Shown here: in pieces, positions 55,501-64,000 of the stretch | How positions within the stretch are numbered: position 1 is the stretch's first letter | Layout: each line of letters begins with the position of its first letter | DNA from: Oopsacas minuta | Lineage: Eukaryota; Animalia; Porifera | Assembly (NCBI GenBank): GCA_024704765.1 | Contig: JAKMXF010000354.1 | Coordinates: forward strand, 605,690-669,689 | Direction: 5' to 3' | Length of the DNA: 64,000 bases | Made by a program: the position numbers and the translations under genes | The notes under the pieces: model-generated | Told to the model about the DNA's origin: nothing | Database searches by the model: none | Seen by the model: only the letters and a program-made list of their open reading frames with translations

Positions 55501-56500
55501 CCTGAAAGGGAGTTGGTATGAACTCGAATGAGTGACGTCTCTGTAGCTCCTTCCTATGGAGAGCAATGTTCTTCTTGAAAGAGGGACTAATTTGTGATAA
55601 CAGTCCCGCTAGGGTGTGTGAACGTGTACCTAGATCTTGATGGGCGGTAGGATCGAAATGTTCCTTATCACTGCAATTGAGATAGAAACCTTGAGGAGAA
55701 GCAGTAATACAGTAGGAGAATCCTTCTAGTGTAGTTACATCAAGATATAGGAGGTCTCCCTTCAGACGCTGAGGGCCTGGAGGAGGGTTCCAGCCTGAGT
55801 AGTGTATAGTGTGAATACAGGATGGCAGAGGTGAGGTACGAGGGGGGAGGAGGGGGGATAGAGGCACACTTGACCTGGATGGGTCTGGATTTATATAATC
55901 AGGTTCTATAGCTTGTTCTTCTATTATTGTTGGTTTATTTCCTTGCTGCTCTCCCACCATCGCTTGTGTAGCTAGCTCATCAATGTCAGTAGGTAGAATG
56001 TGAGCGAGATAGGAGAGAGATTGTGTTCCCATCTCCAGTCCACTATCCAGCAGTTCCTCTAGTCGCCTTACGTGAATCTGAGCCTCTCTCAGAGAGTACG
56101 GATCCTCACTCACCCGAATAGTATCACCATCTTTTAGCCCTTGTATCGAGCTGAAATCTTGTACCTCATCCAGACGTGTCCCATGGTGCCAGAAACCTAT
56201 ACATGTCCTGAAACAAGCGAGAGGATTTTCCATCAGTACTTGTCTCAGTCCCTCAATCAGGTCTTGTCCATACACTGTTATTTCTGTTGGACCAGACACA
56301 CCCTGTATAGCTAACTTCAGATGAATTGGTTTGAATATATGTTCATCCTCTGCTATCTCTTCCTCTGTTTCTTTGTGATTATTTTCCACAACTTCTCCTT
56401 CAATGTTTCCATCTTTATCAATTCCATTCTCAACTATTTCTTCTCCCTCCCCAGAATCAGTGGAATTGTGATGCTGTATATCTTCTTCAAGAGTTGCCAT
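52550..56500 (-). CDS. CLUH: Clustered mitochondria protein homolog, intronless
   Basis: SGWNPPPG..RLKGDLLYL, RDWNAEL, VDYRGHRVVAQSIVPGIL, GIIGTDGRNYLIDLYR, LHFRGINMRYLG, C-terminal TPRs. Confidence 0.96.
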   Translation of the reverse strand: MATLEEDIQHHNSTDSGEGEEIVENGIDKDGNIEGEVVENNHKETEEEIAEDEHIFKPIHLKLAIQGVSGPTEITVYGQDLIEGLRQVLMENPLACFRTCIGFWHHGTRLDEVQDFSSIQGLKDGDTIRVSEDPYSLREAQIHVRRLEELLDSGLEMGTQSLSYLAHILPTDIDELATQAMVGEQQGNKPTIIEEQAIEPDYINPDPSRSSVPLSPLLPPRTSPLPSCIHTIHYSGWNPPPGPQRLKGDLLYLDVTTLEGFSYCITASPQGFYLNCSDKEHFDPTAHQDLGTRSHTLAGLLSQISPSFKKNIALHRKELQRRHSFEFIPTPFQVHCWLINPSRHSYNLVRAHDSLQGRLGHEEHTLGQLRDWNAELAGSRDLPRETVYNRMVRERAIYKVYTDFIEAATQGAQAVLDGNIPALNPTDDEKNFLFIWNNIFFSYPYDGRELYKNVGGDRAAYITAAKDIHGIAAIEELDVEGLHTLATALVDYRGHRVVAQSIVPGILQRDQENILEYGTLDGKKLSKNEKFAGLMRGVGQELNVKIEQVYDHEGRVQEMPSSVECKGIIGTDGRNYLIDLYRITPPDLNFDQYSEQDTSEKVGEKRVDIGHKMAMHRREIVESFIQYKYSTFIQKISKLTLEEQNKEVSEKKGLDSDLKDEEHKSQPEVALEQILEKDLSDIDKNPVLLLATKDDSFGGDTGEKEIGVDIKSETAGPMKNEEIISIVSPSNFEEGLECTNQLEVGVILPDDNGSVKLVLSEKNLNLTTDEKERTEDSTESEETNKLGQKKVMEILCNSLEGLGSISESDFDLRFNMDLTSHLCKLAGSSEVLEKDKKLCEELSEFIIHYSLPRFFIDCLQLQAMPVDSVSLTRLLHFRGINMRYLGRITELVSKREDLSHVKTICISDMIIRVAKRHIRREMGEAHLSEMPGVIVNAFNSLFGCVETPGVEEATGGKKKKSKKKNQRLKQENGTFTTQSMWTGIQSEMETYFGYKLDYRSFHSASEGVPFSKLSILRSLCMKLGVQLLAREYHLEGKGLPFAESDVINLHPVVKHFPPTLHLPQEIHKMASSRFGLGLVKECIELCLEALNHYQNIAGPNNIETVGCYKDLANLYLVTKDVLNSLNFQQKGTFILERNLGMDDPRTLTGLIGLATSCCNAGLSQLALKVLFRARYLLLVLFGEKHPQMATIDLNIGYTYHSVGENKRAVKYLENVIRLQDIFYGSQHVQTGMTRHLLSKAYSLAGEYRQAIQQEKQAYNTFKEKYGEDSEKTKVISAGLSDLTQKAVLFEKLQHATRKEIYDITGSSNGDTASKQN

Positions 56501-56983
56501 TTACTAATTGTAGGTATACGTATATTCCCAGCGGTTTTTTGTAATAATTTTTAATCTAACTACGTAACTATTAATAATTAATTGATTAAATATTTAACTC
56601 TAGAAATTAATTAATCTTCACACATGACTTCTGTATGTATTTCTATATATCAAGGTTCGAAATAAATGAAATAATTAAATAGTTTGCGAGGATTGTAGTG
56701 TGTAGACATAATAAGCACTAAATAATTAATACCTTAAAAGCACAAGATTTCCGAAACAACATCTGGTGCATTATACACACATGATATTATAAGATTTCAA
56801 TGTCATTTCATGGAGTTGATTTACAATTGGAATATAACGTTCTTAACACCTCAATACAATGGTCTCCTGTGCAAAGCAGTCACTTAATAATTTATGGTAC
56901 TGCAGCCAGATATTTTATCAGCAACCAAGCGTTACTCACACTTATGGCAAGCCCCTTTTGGTAGCCGTTATAGACCGATACCT

Positions 56984-57065
56984 ATACGTAATTATGATAA
57001 TTCCTATATCTATCTAACAATAGCATACGTAATTATGATAATCCCTACATACATCTGACAATAGT
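56984..57065. repeat. Two-copy 41-bp tandem repeat in the ATP5PO 3' region
   Basis: ATACGTAATTATGATAAT.CCTA...TCT.ACAATAG repeated at 56984 and 57025. Confidence 0.85.
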
Positions 57066-57111
57066 ATAGGTACACACGATTAAGTATTAGTTTATTGCTT
57101 CAAACAGCATT

Positions 57112-57894
57112 TCATATAGCCTGCTTGAGGATATTGGATATTTTGCGTATTTTAGTCGCGGTTGACATATCGATATACTTGTCCTTCAATTCTACAATCA
57201 ATCCCCCGAGCAGGCTGTTATCTACCTTGAGATTAAGTTTAAGAACTTCGCTTGGTTTTAGAAATCCCTTTAGTGCTGTTTCTAATGCTTTTGTATTATT
57301 GGCATCTAGTTTCTGTGCACTGATTACTGTACACTCAATTTCACCTCTTGAAGCACTCATTAATTGAGAGAATGCAACTCCTATATTCTTAACTCTACTC
57401 AATCGGTTGTTATCAGCTAAAACCTCAAAGAAGTTCATTGTTATTTTATCAAATTTCTGTTGGAGAAGGATAGTATTCAGTTTCTCTAGTTTGCTTTTTC
57501 TTTTGAGTGTGGGATCATTCACGAATTCGTGGAGGGCTTTGTCTTTTTTGAGAAGATTCGCGAATGTATCTAGATCCTTTTCTACGACGTTCTCCTTCTT
57601 ACCCCTTACAGCTGCTGAGTAGAGAGCGTGGGCATATCGACCCTCTAGTCCGAATATCTGAATAGGAGGTTTAACTGTAGCACCTTTTATCGCGTCTAGT
57701 AAATACAATTAGATACTCAAATCGTGTGCGTTTAATTGTGATAATTCCTGCTTTGGATTCCTTTGTCGCTATTAGGGCAGTATTACATACAATTACAGGT
57801 GACAGATTGATATTATAAATTACTCAAGTTATATGTGTTCTAACTATTTACAAATGTTGTTTGTAGAGAGTTTTGTAATAAAAAATCGTTTCAT
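57112..57894 (-). CDS. ATP5PO: ATP synthase OSCP subunit; exons 57894-57852 and 57695-57112
   Basis: VKPPIQIFGLEGRYAHALYSAA, LLGGLIVELKDKYIDMS. Hand-found first exon MKRFFITKLSTNNI (targeting-peptide-like) joins in phase 1 via GTAAAT...CTAG; the first exon is less certain than the rest. Confidence 0.93.
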
Positions 57895-58194
57895 AAACAC
57901 TTGCCTTTATTATGTGCAAAATTACGAATTATCTATAATGATTGGATGAAATACCAAACTGCAAGGCATCAACTACATCAATAATGCCGATTTTAAATTA
58001 ATACTCAGAAAAATGATAGTTTAACTTGTTGTGCATTTGTTAACATTTTACAAGTAAGCTCATCAATAATTACTAAATTGGATACACGCTATTATGTCAG
58101 ATTGTTAAATGGAGGAAAATGGATAACTTGGCTATTAACATGGCAATAATTATATAATTATCACTGATTATGTCTATCTTAGTTGAACAACAAG

Positions 58195-59718
58195 ATGGCC
58201 TGTGCTGATAATAGTGATAAAGATACTAGCAGCTTGGATATACCAAACGAGTTAGATTCTAATTCAGATCTATTCGTGGACGCAGTAGATAGTTTTAACA
58301 CAACAACAACTTGTATAGGGAATGCTGCCTATATCAGATGGAACCCTCTACAAGCCGTCAAGCAACGTACCTTTGGTCAATACAAGACACACCCCTCTAC
58401 GATTTGTACTGAGACAGCTTCTTCTCATAACATGGTACGTAGATTAAAACTACAATACAAATTGAATGGAGTTCACGAAGGATGTGTTAATGCAATAAAC
58501 TTCTCTCCTTGTGGTACTCTGCTCGCTTCTGGTAGTGACGATCTTAACATCGTAGTTTGGAAATGGATGGAACGACGACCTTTCTTAACCTTTGATACCA
58601 AACACACATTTAACGTGTTTCAGGCCAGATTCATGCCAGAGAGTGACAGCTCTGTCATTGTATCAGCTGCTAGAGATGGACAGGTACGTGCTCATATTAT
58701 TGGTAGTAGCGGAGAGCTAGCTAACTCACGTCGTGTAGCTTCACATAAAGATTCAGCTCATAAACTAGCAGTAGACCGATCTCTCCCTCACACATTTCTA
58801 AGCTGTGGAGAGGATGGTCTTATACAAGAGATCGACCTTAGAACAGCAGCACCGAATAAACTACTATACGTGAGGAGAGATGACGTGGAGAAGATGACCA
58901 AAATACCTCTCTATACCATCCAAATGAATCCGAGCAGACCACATGAATTCGCGGCGGCAGGCAAGAATAAATACGCTTATATATTTGATAAGCGGATGAC
59001 AAGTGACAATTCTGAATTCAGTTATGTCAAGAAATTCTGTCCAGATAATCTTGTAAATGATAAGGATACCGTATTTCCTGATAGCATTACATGTCTAGCG
59101 TATTCTTACGATGGTAAAGAACTACTATGTAGTTACAATGATGATGATATTTATCTGTTTGACAGCTCTCATTCGTCTGGAAGTAACTTCATTAAACGTT
59201 ATGAGGGACATAGAAATAGCCAGACTGTGAAAGGTGTTAACTTCTATGGACCTCATAGCGAGTTTATTGTGAGTGGGAGTGATTGTGGTCACGTGTTTAT
59301 CTGGGATAAGAATTCTGAGAAGATAGTGCAATGCATGGAGGGAGATGAGACCGGAGTGGTGAACTGTCTAGAACAACATCCATCAGCCCCGGTACTGGCT
59401 ACCTCAGGACTAGATTCTGATGTTAAAATATTTATGCCTTGCTCGTTACGCCCTACATCTCTAAGCAAACTAGATCACATAGTAAGCTCTAATAAGAAAG
59501 CTCGTGACACAGAGAGAGAAGAGGATGAGGAGAACAGTGGAACAGTAAATGATTTCTATCGAATCTACTACAGAAGAATTAGTCGTATGATACAGCGGAG
59601 AGCAGCTGGAGAAGATGGAGAAAATGGTGACGACAATACGAGTAATAATAGTGATTCAGAAGATTCTGATACAGACATGGATCAACATACAGTACCATTG
59701 AGATGTGATCCACAATGA
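58195..59718 (+). CDS. DCAF8: DDB1- and CUL4-associated factor 8 (WD40)
   Basis: HEGCVNAINFSPCGTLLASGSDD, RYEGHRNSQTVKGVNFYGPHSEFIVSGSDCG, VVNCLEQHP..PVLATSGLD. First true ATG at 58195. Confidence 0.93.
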   Translation: MACADNSDKDTSSLDIPNELDSNSDLFVDAVDSFNTTTTCIGNAAYIRWNPLQAVKQRTFGQYKTHPSTICTETASSHNMVRRLKLQYKLNGVHEGCVNAINFSPCGTLLASGSDDLNIVVWKWMERRPFLTFDTKHTFNVFQARFMPESDSSVIVSAARDGQVRAHIIGSSGELANSRRVASHKDSAHKLAVDRSLPHTFLSCGEDGLIQEIDLRTAAPNKLLYVRRDDVEKMTKIPLYTIQMNPSRPHEFAAAGKNKYAYIFDKRMTSDNSEFSYVKKFCPDNLVNDKDTVFPDSITCLAYSYDGKELLCSYNDDDIYLFDSSHSSGSNFIKRYEGHRNSQTVKGVNFYGPHSEFIVSGSDCGHVFIWDKNSEKIVQCMEGDETGVVNCLEQHPSAPVLATSGLDSDVKIFMPCSLRPTSLSKLDHIVSSNKKARDTEREEDEENSGTVNDFYRIYYRRISRMIQRRAAGEDGENGDDNTSNNSDSEDSDTDMDQHTVPLRCDPQ

Positions 59719-59932
59719 TAAATAAAGTATTCTATACAACTGAAATAAATTGATTGAAATCTCATCCTACATGCTATCAGGATATCTTTGATACTGTATT
59801 ATAATTACACATTCTTTTGATGGGGGATTATTATTATATATTCTTAAATTAATCAAATATTGCTAATTTCGTATATTTTGAGTGTCTAACTCGTATGACC
59901 CTATTCTAGCGGCTTGCATGGAGAAATAAACC

Positions 59933-62900
59933 ATGGATACGGGCATTGATATAATTCCTGAAGACATCCCGGTTGTGGGTTTCAAAAGGAAAGACAGGAG
60001 AGTAAAATTTGAATCATTTACAGATCGGATAAAACGAATACGAATAGATATAATTCCTAGAAGTGATCTTAGTCTGCAGCTACCTAGCGAGAAGGAAACA
60101 TTCTTTTATGAAGGAGTTATAAAATGGAGAGAATTAAACGAAACAGCTGACTTCTGTTCTCTACTAAATCTCACAAGAGATAAGATTCAAACTCTACATT
60201 TGTTATTACATCATAAAGATTTCCTCTTAGAAGCGATAATAACCGCGATATCAGAAGCAGACGAGCTCAGCTTAGAACCAATACTAGACTTAATAGTTCA
60301 ACTAGCTAGAGATCTCCAACAGGAATTATCTCCACATTTTACACGAATATTCTCCGTGTTAATCGCACGACTGAATTCTAGAGATGCTGGCATTTTAGAA
60401 CTGGTATTCTCCTGCTTAGCTCATCTTCTCAAGATATTATGGAGACATTTGATAGCAGAGAGTGACGTAATATGTGACTGCTATTCATCACTATTATCTT
60501 CTTCTCAGAGAGAACATATACAGAGATTTGCAGCTGAGAGCTTATCCTTCTTACTCAGAAGAAGTTTAGCTGCTAACCACCAACAAACACTACAATCACT
60601 ATACAAGGTAATATACAGTTAACTTCCGTTATATCGAAGTACAAGGGACCGCTATGATTACTTCAATTAAACGGGTATTTTGATATATATTATAGATCTT
60701 ATCAGATGATACTGCAGAAGGGATAGGGATAGTTCTATTCGAGATGATGAAGGGACCTCAATACCATTTCCATTCATGTACTCCTGGCCTTCTCACCTCT
60801 CTATTGGATCAGCTGAGTGAGTCTGAATCCTCCCTATCGCAGGCTGTCTATAGGACAACTCAGTGCTTAGTTTCACATAGCAACACAGAGTCTGCTAAGG
60901 AATGTATCAATATAATGTTAGATAGGTTGAGTAGGAGTACAGATATGAGTGACGTAATGTTATCTGGAATAATATCTCTATGTAGTGTGTGGATAGCTAG
61001 GCTTACTCCTGACAGTTTTGAAAGGTTTGTCAGCTCATTAATACAGGTATGTAGAGGGATAGGACATAGACAGGAGTCCTGGAAGGCTTGTATGGATATT
61101 TTTATACAATTAATACGAGCTAACCTTAAAATTAAGTTAGTTGAAATGTGTAGTTTGGTTGCTAAGGTAAGTGACATATTGGAATGTGTTATAACTAGGA
61201 ATGAGTGGAGTGTAGCAGGAGGTTGTGACCTAATAGAGGGTATTTTACTTCTCGTGAGTGAGGAGCTGTTTAGCAGATCAATCCTATCTCAATGGGTTAT
61301 ACTTAGTGAAAGAATAATACAAGAAAAATATGAACTAGATAGTATTATCATTGATAGGATATTGTATAGCTGGTGTCAGATACAGAGTAGGATATCAGAA
61401 AAAGTTGAGAAGGGAGAGAAGAGAATTAAATTAGATTCTACAAATACTTATGGATCTAATCTCCTATCTGTATTAATGAATAGAGCTAATATACCATTAA
61501 CTAAAGATAAAGCAGCTAATCTATCTTGTCTATGTCTATGTTTACAGAGTATGGTAGCTCCACCTGATGAAGCGTTACAGCTTGTTGAGGACAATCTCAA
61601 GCTACTACATCCGCTAGCTGCCAAATACGGAGATACTCTACTAACTACTCTAAGAGACTGTATACATACATTAACTAGCAGTAGAGATTTACAATCAGTA
61701 TATCCTCCCTCTCAATTGTTATCTCTCATATCTCAATACTCTACATCATACTCACTGCTTGAAGCTATAGAGATATATTGTCATAACACAATACTACCTC
61801 AAGATATCACAGATGAGGTGATTAGACTCCTGGTCCCGTGTCTATGCTCTCCTTACTCACATGTTAGACTCACAACTATATCTATTCTGCTCTCCCTCAC
61901 CATCTGTCCGTCTATTAATACTAATCTCCTTCCTGTGTGTAAGTCCTCTGAACAGACACAAGCAGACCTGATGCACTATAAAGAGAAGCTAGGCTACTTA
62001 AGAAGATTGTCCTACTTCAGAGACAGCAGTATTGAGACTGAGATTAGTTTCAGAGTACTGATCAGTCAATTCTATGTTAACTTCAGTCCTGTGTGGGATC
62101 AAGTAAGACAGCTGGTGAATGGTTATGCTACAGAAGAGACCAAAGATGTGTTCTGGAAGGTAAATGATAAGGTTTATAAAAGTTTAACTCATTTATTATT
62201 TAATTGTATAGATTGTGTCCTCAGAATTGGAGTTACCTCTGTGTTCAGATGGAGCTGACACGCTATTAGATGTTTCTAACCATTCTGCTAATGTAGAGAA
62301 ATGGTTTCTAAGCAGAGAGAACCAGCACAAAGAGATGTGTCAAAAAGCGCGAGTAGACACCAGTAACTTCCAAATGCAGTTATGGCGTACTCTACAAGGA
62401 GTATCTTCATTCTGTGAGTCTCGTTCTCGTGTGCTAGTTCCTATCCTGATTCGATACATGGAGATGTGGTTTATTCCTGAAGAAACTGGGAGACAATCTC
62501 TACAGGAAATTGGTACACAAGAAGCAGAATTGAGAGAGGATAGGGCTAGGAGAGGTGGGAGACACAAACATATTGCTGTCTCTATGCTAGAGCTATTCTC
62601 TAATTTCAAACATCCTCAGAATCTCTATCAAGCTGACGGACTTAAATCATTATATCTGCGACTTTTGACACATCCCCTATCCGACCTCCAGACATCAGCT
62701 CTATCATGTCTAGTCGCATTACAACTAAAATACCTATCTCGTTACCATGACAACCTAGCAGCAGTGAGTACAGAAAAGAATATCTCGTCATTTCTAACTG
62801 TATTCAGCTCAGAAGCAAGTGAAGTGATGGTTTTAGAGGAAGAACATCGTTCTTATATAATTCCTATACTCTGTCGGATCTTATACGGAGTACTACTGAG

Positions 62901-64000
62901 ACAGGGAAGCACTGAGAGAAGTTCTCCTACACAGACTGCTATACTACAGTTCCTTACTTCTTGTGACTCAGAGGAGGTTTCGTTGTTCCTAGACCTTACT
63001 CTATCTCCTTTCAGACAGATAATAACAGGATGGACTATGGATAATACTGAAACAAATTTCTTAGTAGTCCCTCTAAAGAAACAGATCTCTTTCTTAACTC
63101 TCTTAAAACATCTTTTCTTCTATCTGTCTACACAAATACCAGACTCCCATCTCACTGATATCATAACTATACTCACTATTACCTGCAGGAGATGTGTGTA
63201 TCTAATCAAGAGTCGTGACGTAATACAGCCCTGGGCACTACCACTAATTAAGTCAATTCGTTCTCTAGCTATAAACAGACTTATTGATGTGACTAATATA
63301 TATCCTAATGATGTCATCTTATCACGAGAAGATGAGTTATTCTCCTCTCTCATTTCTCCTTCTCTTTCTCGCTCACAATCCGAGCTGAGTCAGGCTGGCT
63401 CTCTATTGGATCTAGTCGTAGCGTGGGGTTCTATACCGGAATGTACCGGTTTCTTCGAGAGGCCTATAGCTCCCGAGCAACCTACACTAATCAGTTACGT
63501 TATAAATACACTGAATGAGAAGAATGTGAATAAGAGAGCTGCAGACTCTATTCTAGACACAACACTGAATTTATTACAGCATACTGATAGACTAATAGCT
63601 CCATACATAGAAATTGTACTTAGATTCATAAGCAAAGAGTTGTCAGTAGCTAGAAAGGAAAAGAAATCAGTGAAAGAACACACTAGAGAATTGGAAATAC
63701 TGTCTCTAGCTGCTGTATGGGTAGAGGAGAAAGATGCTGATGCTCTTGTAGAGAATATTATATACTTCCTAACAGCTAGAGGAGCTCGTGCTAATCAGCT
63801 GACACTCAGTATACTCACCTCTGTCGGGAGTCTGGTTCCTAGAGTACAAGCTCCAGAGAGAGTGTGTGCTAAGCTCTCTCCTCTCTTCTCACAGCTGAGT
63901 GACAGGGAAGAGAGGAAATCACTTATCGCGGTTTTTAACGAGCTAGCGATCAGGTTGCCTTTCACAAGCTTAGCTGTCAAAGTATGTCAAGATATAAACG
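59933..64000 (+). CDS. UTP20: U3 snoRNP HEAT-repeat protein UTP20, 5' part (exons 59933-60607, 60696-62159, 62212-beyond window)
   Basis: FESFTDRIKRIRID, WRELNETADF, LDLIVQLARDLQ, SQFYVNFSPVWD; hand translation of exon 3 gives LFSNFKHPQNLY and EHRSYIIPILCRILYG (DUF6700/DRIM-like). Confidence 0.93.
60616..60682. mobile_element. pogo-like MITE relic filling most of UTP20 intron 1
   Basis: TA|CAGTTAACTTCCGTTATATCGAAGTACAAGGGACCG with a degenerate right end TACTTCAATTAAACGGG..TTTG; matches the 43577-43601 terminus. Confidence 0.6.

Noticed and set aside
7442-63980. Numerous short ORFs in the track overlapping real genes (e.g. 7442-7678, 9455-9688, 17952-18293, 19452-20105, 46308-46604, 53233-57622 + strand, 60860-63980 - strand)
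   Set aside because: Antisense or alternative-frame shadows of confidently identified genes, with no independent motifs.
1-64000. CRISPR arrays, rRNA, tRNA, spliceosomal snRNA or an SL RNA gene
   Set aside because: No regularly spaced repeats or recognisable RNA-gene signatures seen by eye; a divergent SL RNA could be missed without a covariance or transcript search.

Overview
This is eukaryotic (animal) nuclear DNA: AT-rich, very gene-dense (about 31 genes in 64 kb) and intron-poor. The gene set and compactness fit a glass sponge (hexactinellid, e.g. Oopsacas), but that taxon call is an inference. Most genes are housekeeping: SPT small subunit, PELO, RRAGA, cathepsin L, ERLEC1, NASP, TMEM38, ADAP, MPV17, METTL23, USP22, NDUFA12, HAO1, two LCLAT1, DNAJC28, ANAPC10, PPIE, NOP56, LPCAT3, PPM1H-like, CLUH, ATP5PO, DCAF8 and partial UTP20. 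There are also two NHL-propeller genes, two divergent Maf-like bZIPs and several tiny MITEs. The most striking system-level pattern is that most start codons have a T-rich tract plus YAG (a 3' splice acceptor) a few bases upstream, with no matching donor identified. Genes also run head-to-tail in long same-strand series with spacers as short as 103-151 nt. Together these suggest spliced-leader trans-splicing and operon-like polycistronic transcription. Other highlights: a 10-nt microexon conserved in both LCLAT1 paralogs; near-identity confined to their last exon; a SAM + MRL (RIAM/lamellipodin) + Grb7-type SH2 hybrid adaptor; Maf-like bZIPs lacking the invariant basic-region Asn; a predicted pseudophosphatase; a predicted GAP-dead ADAP; and a UTP20 intron made mostly of a MITE. 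All alignments and counts were done by eye.
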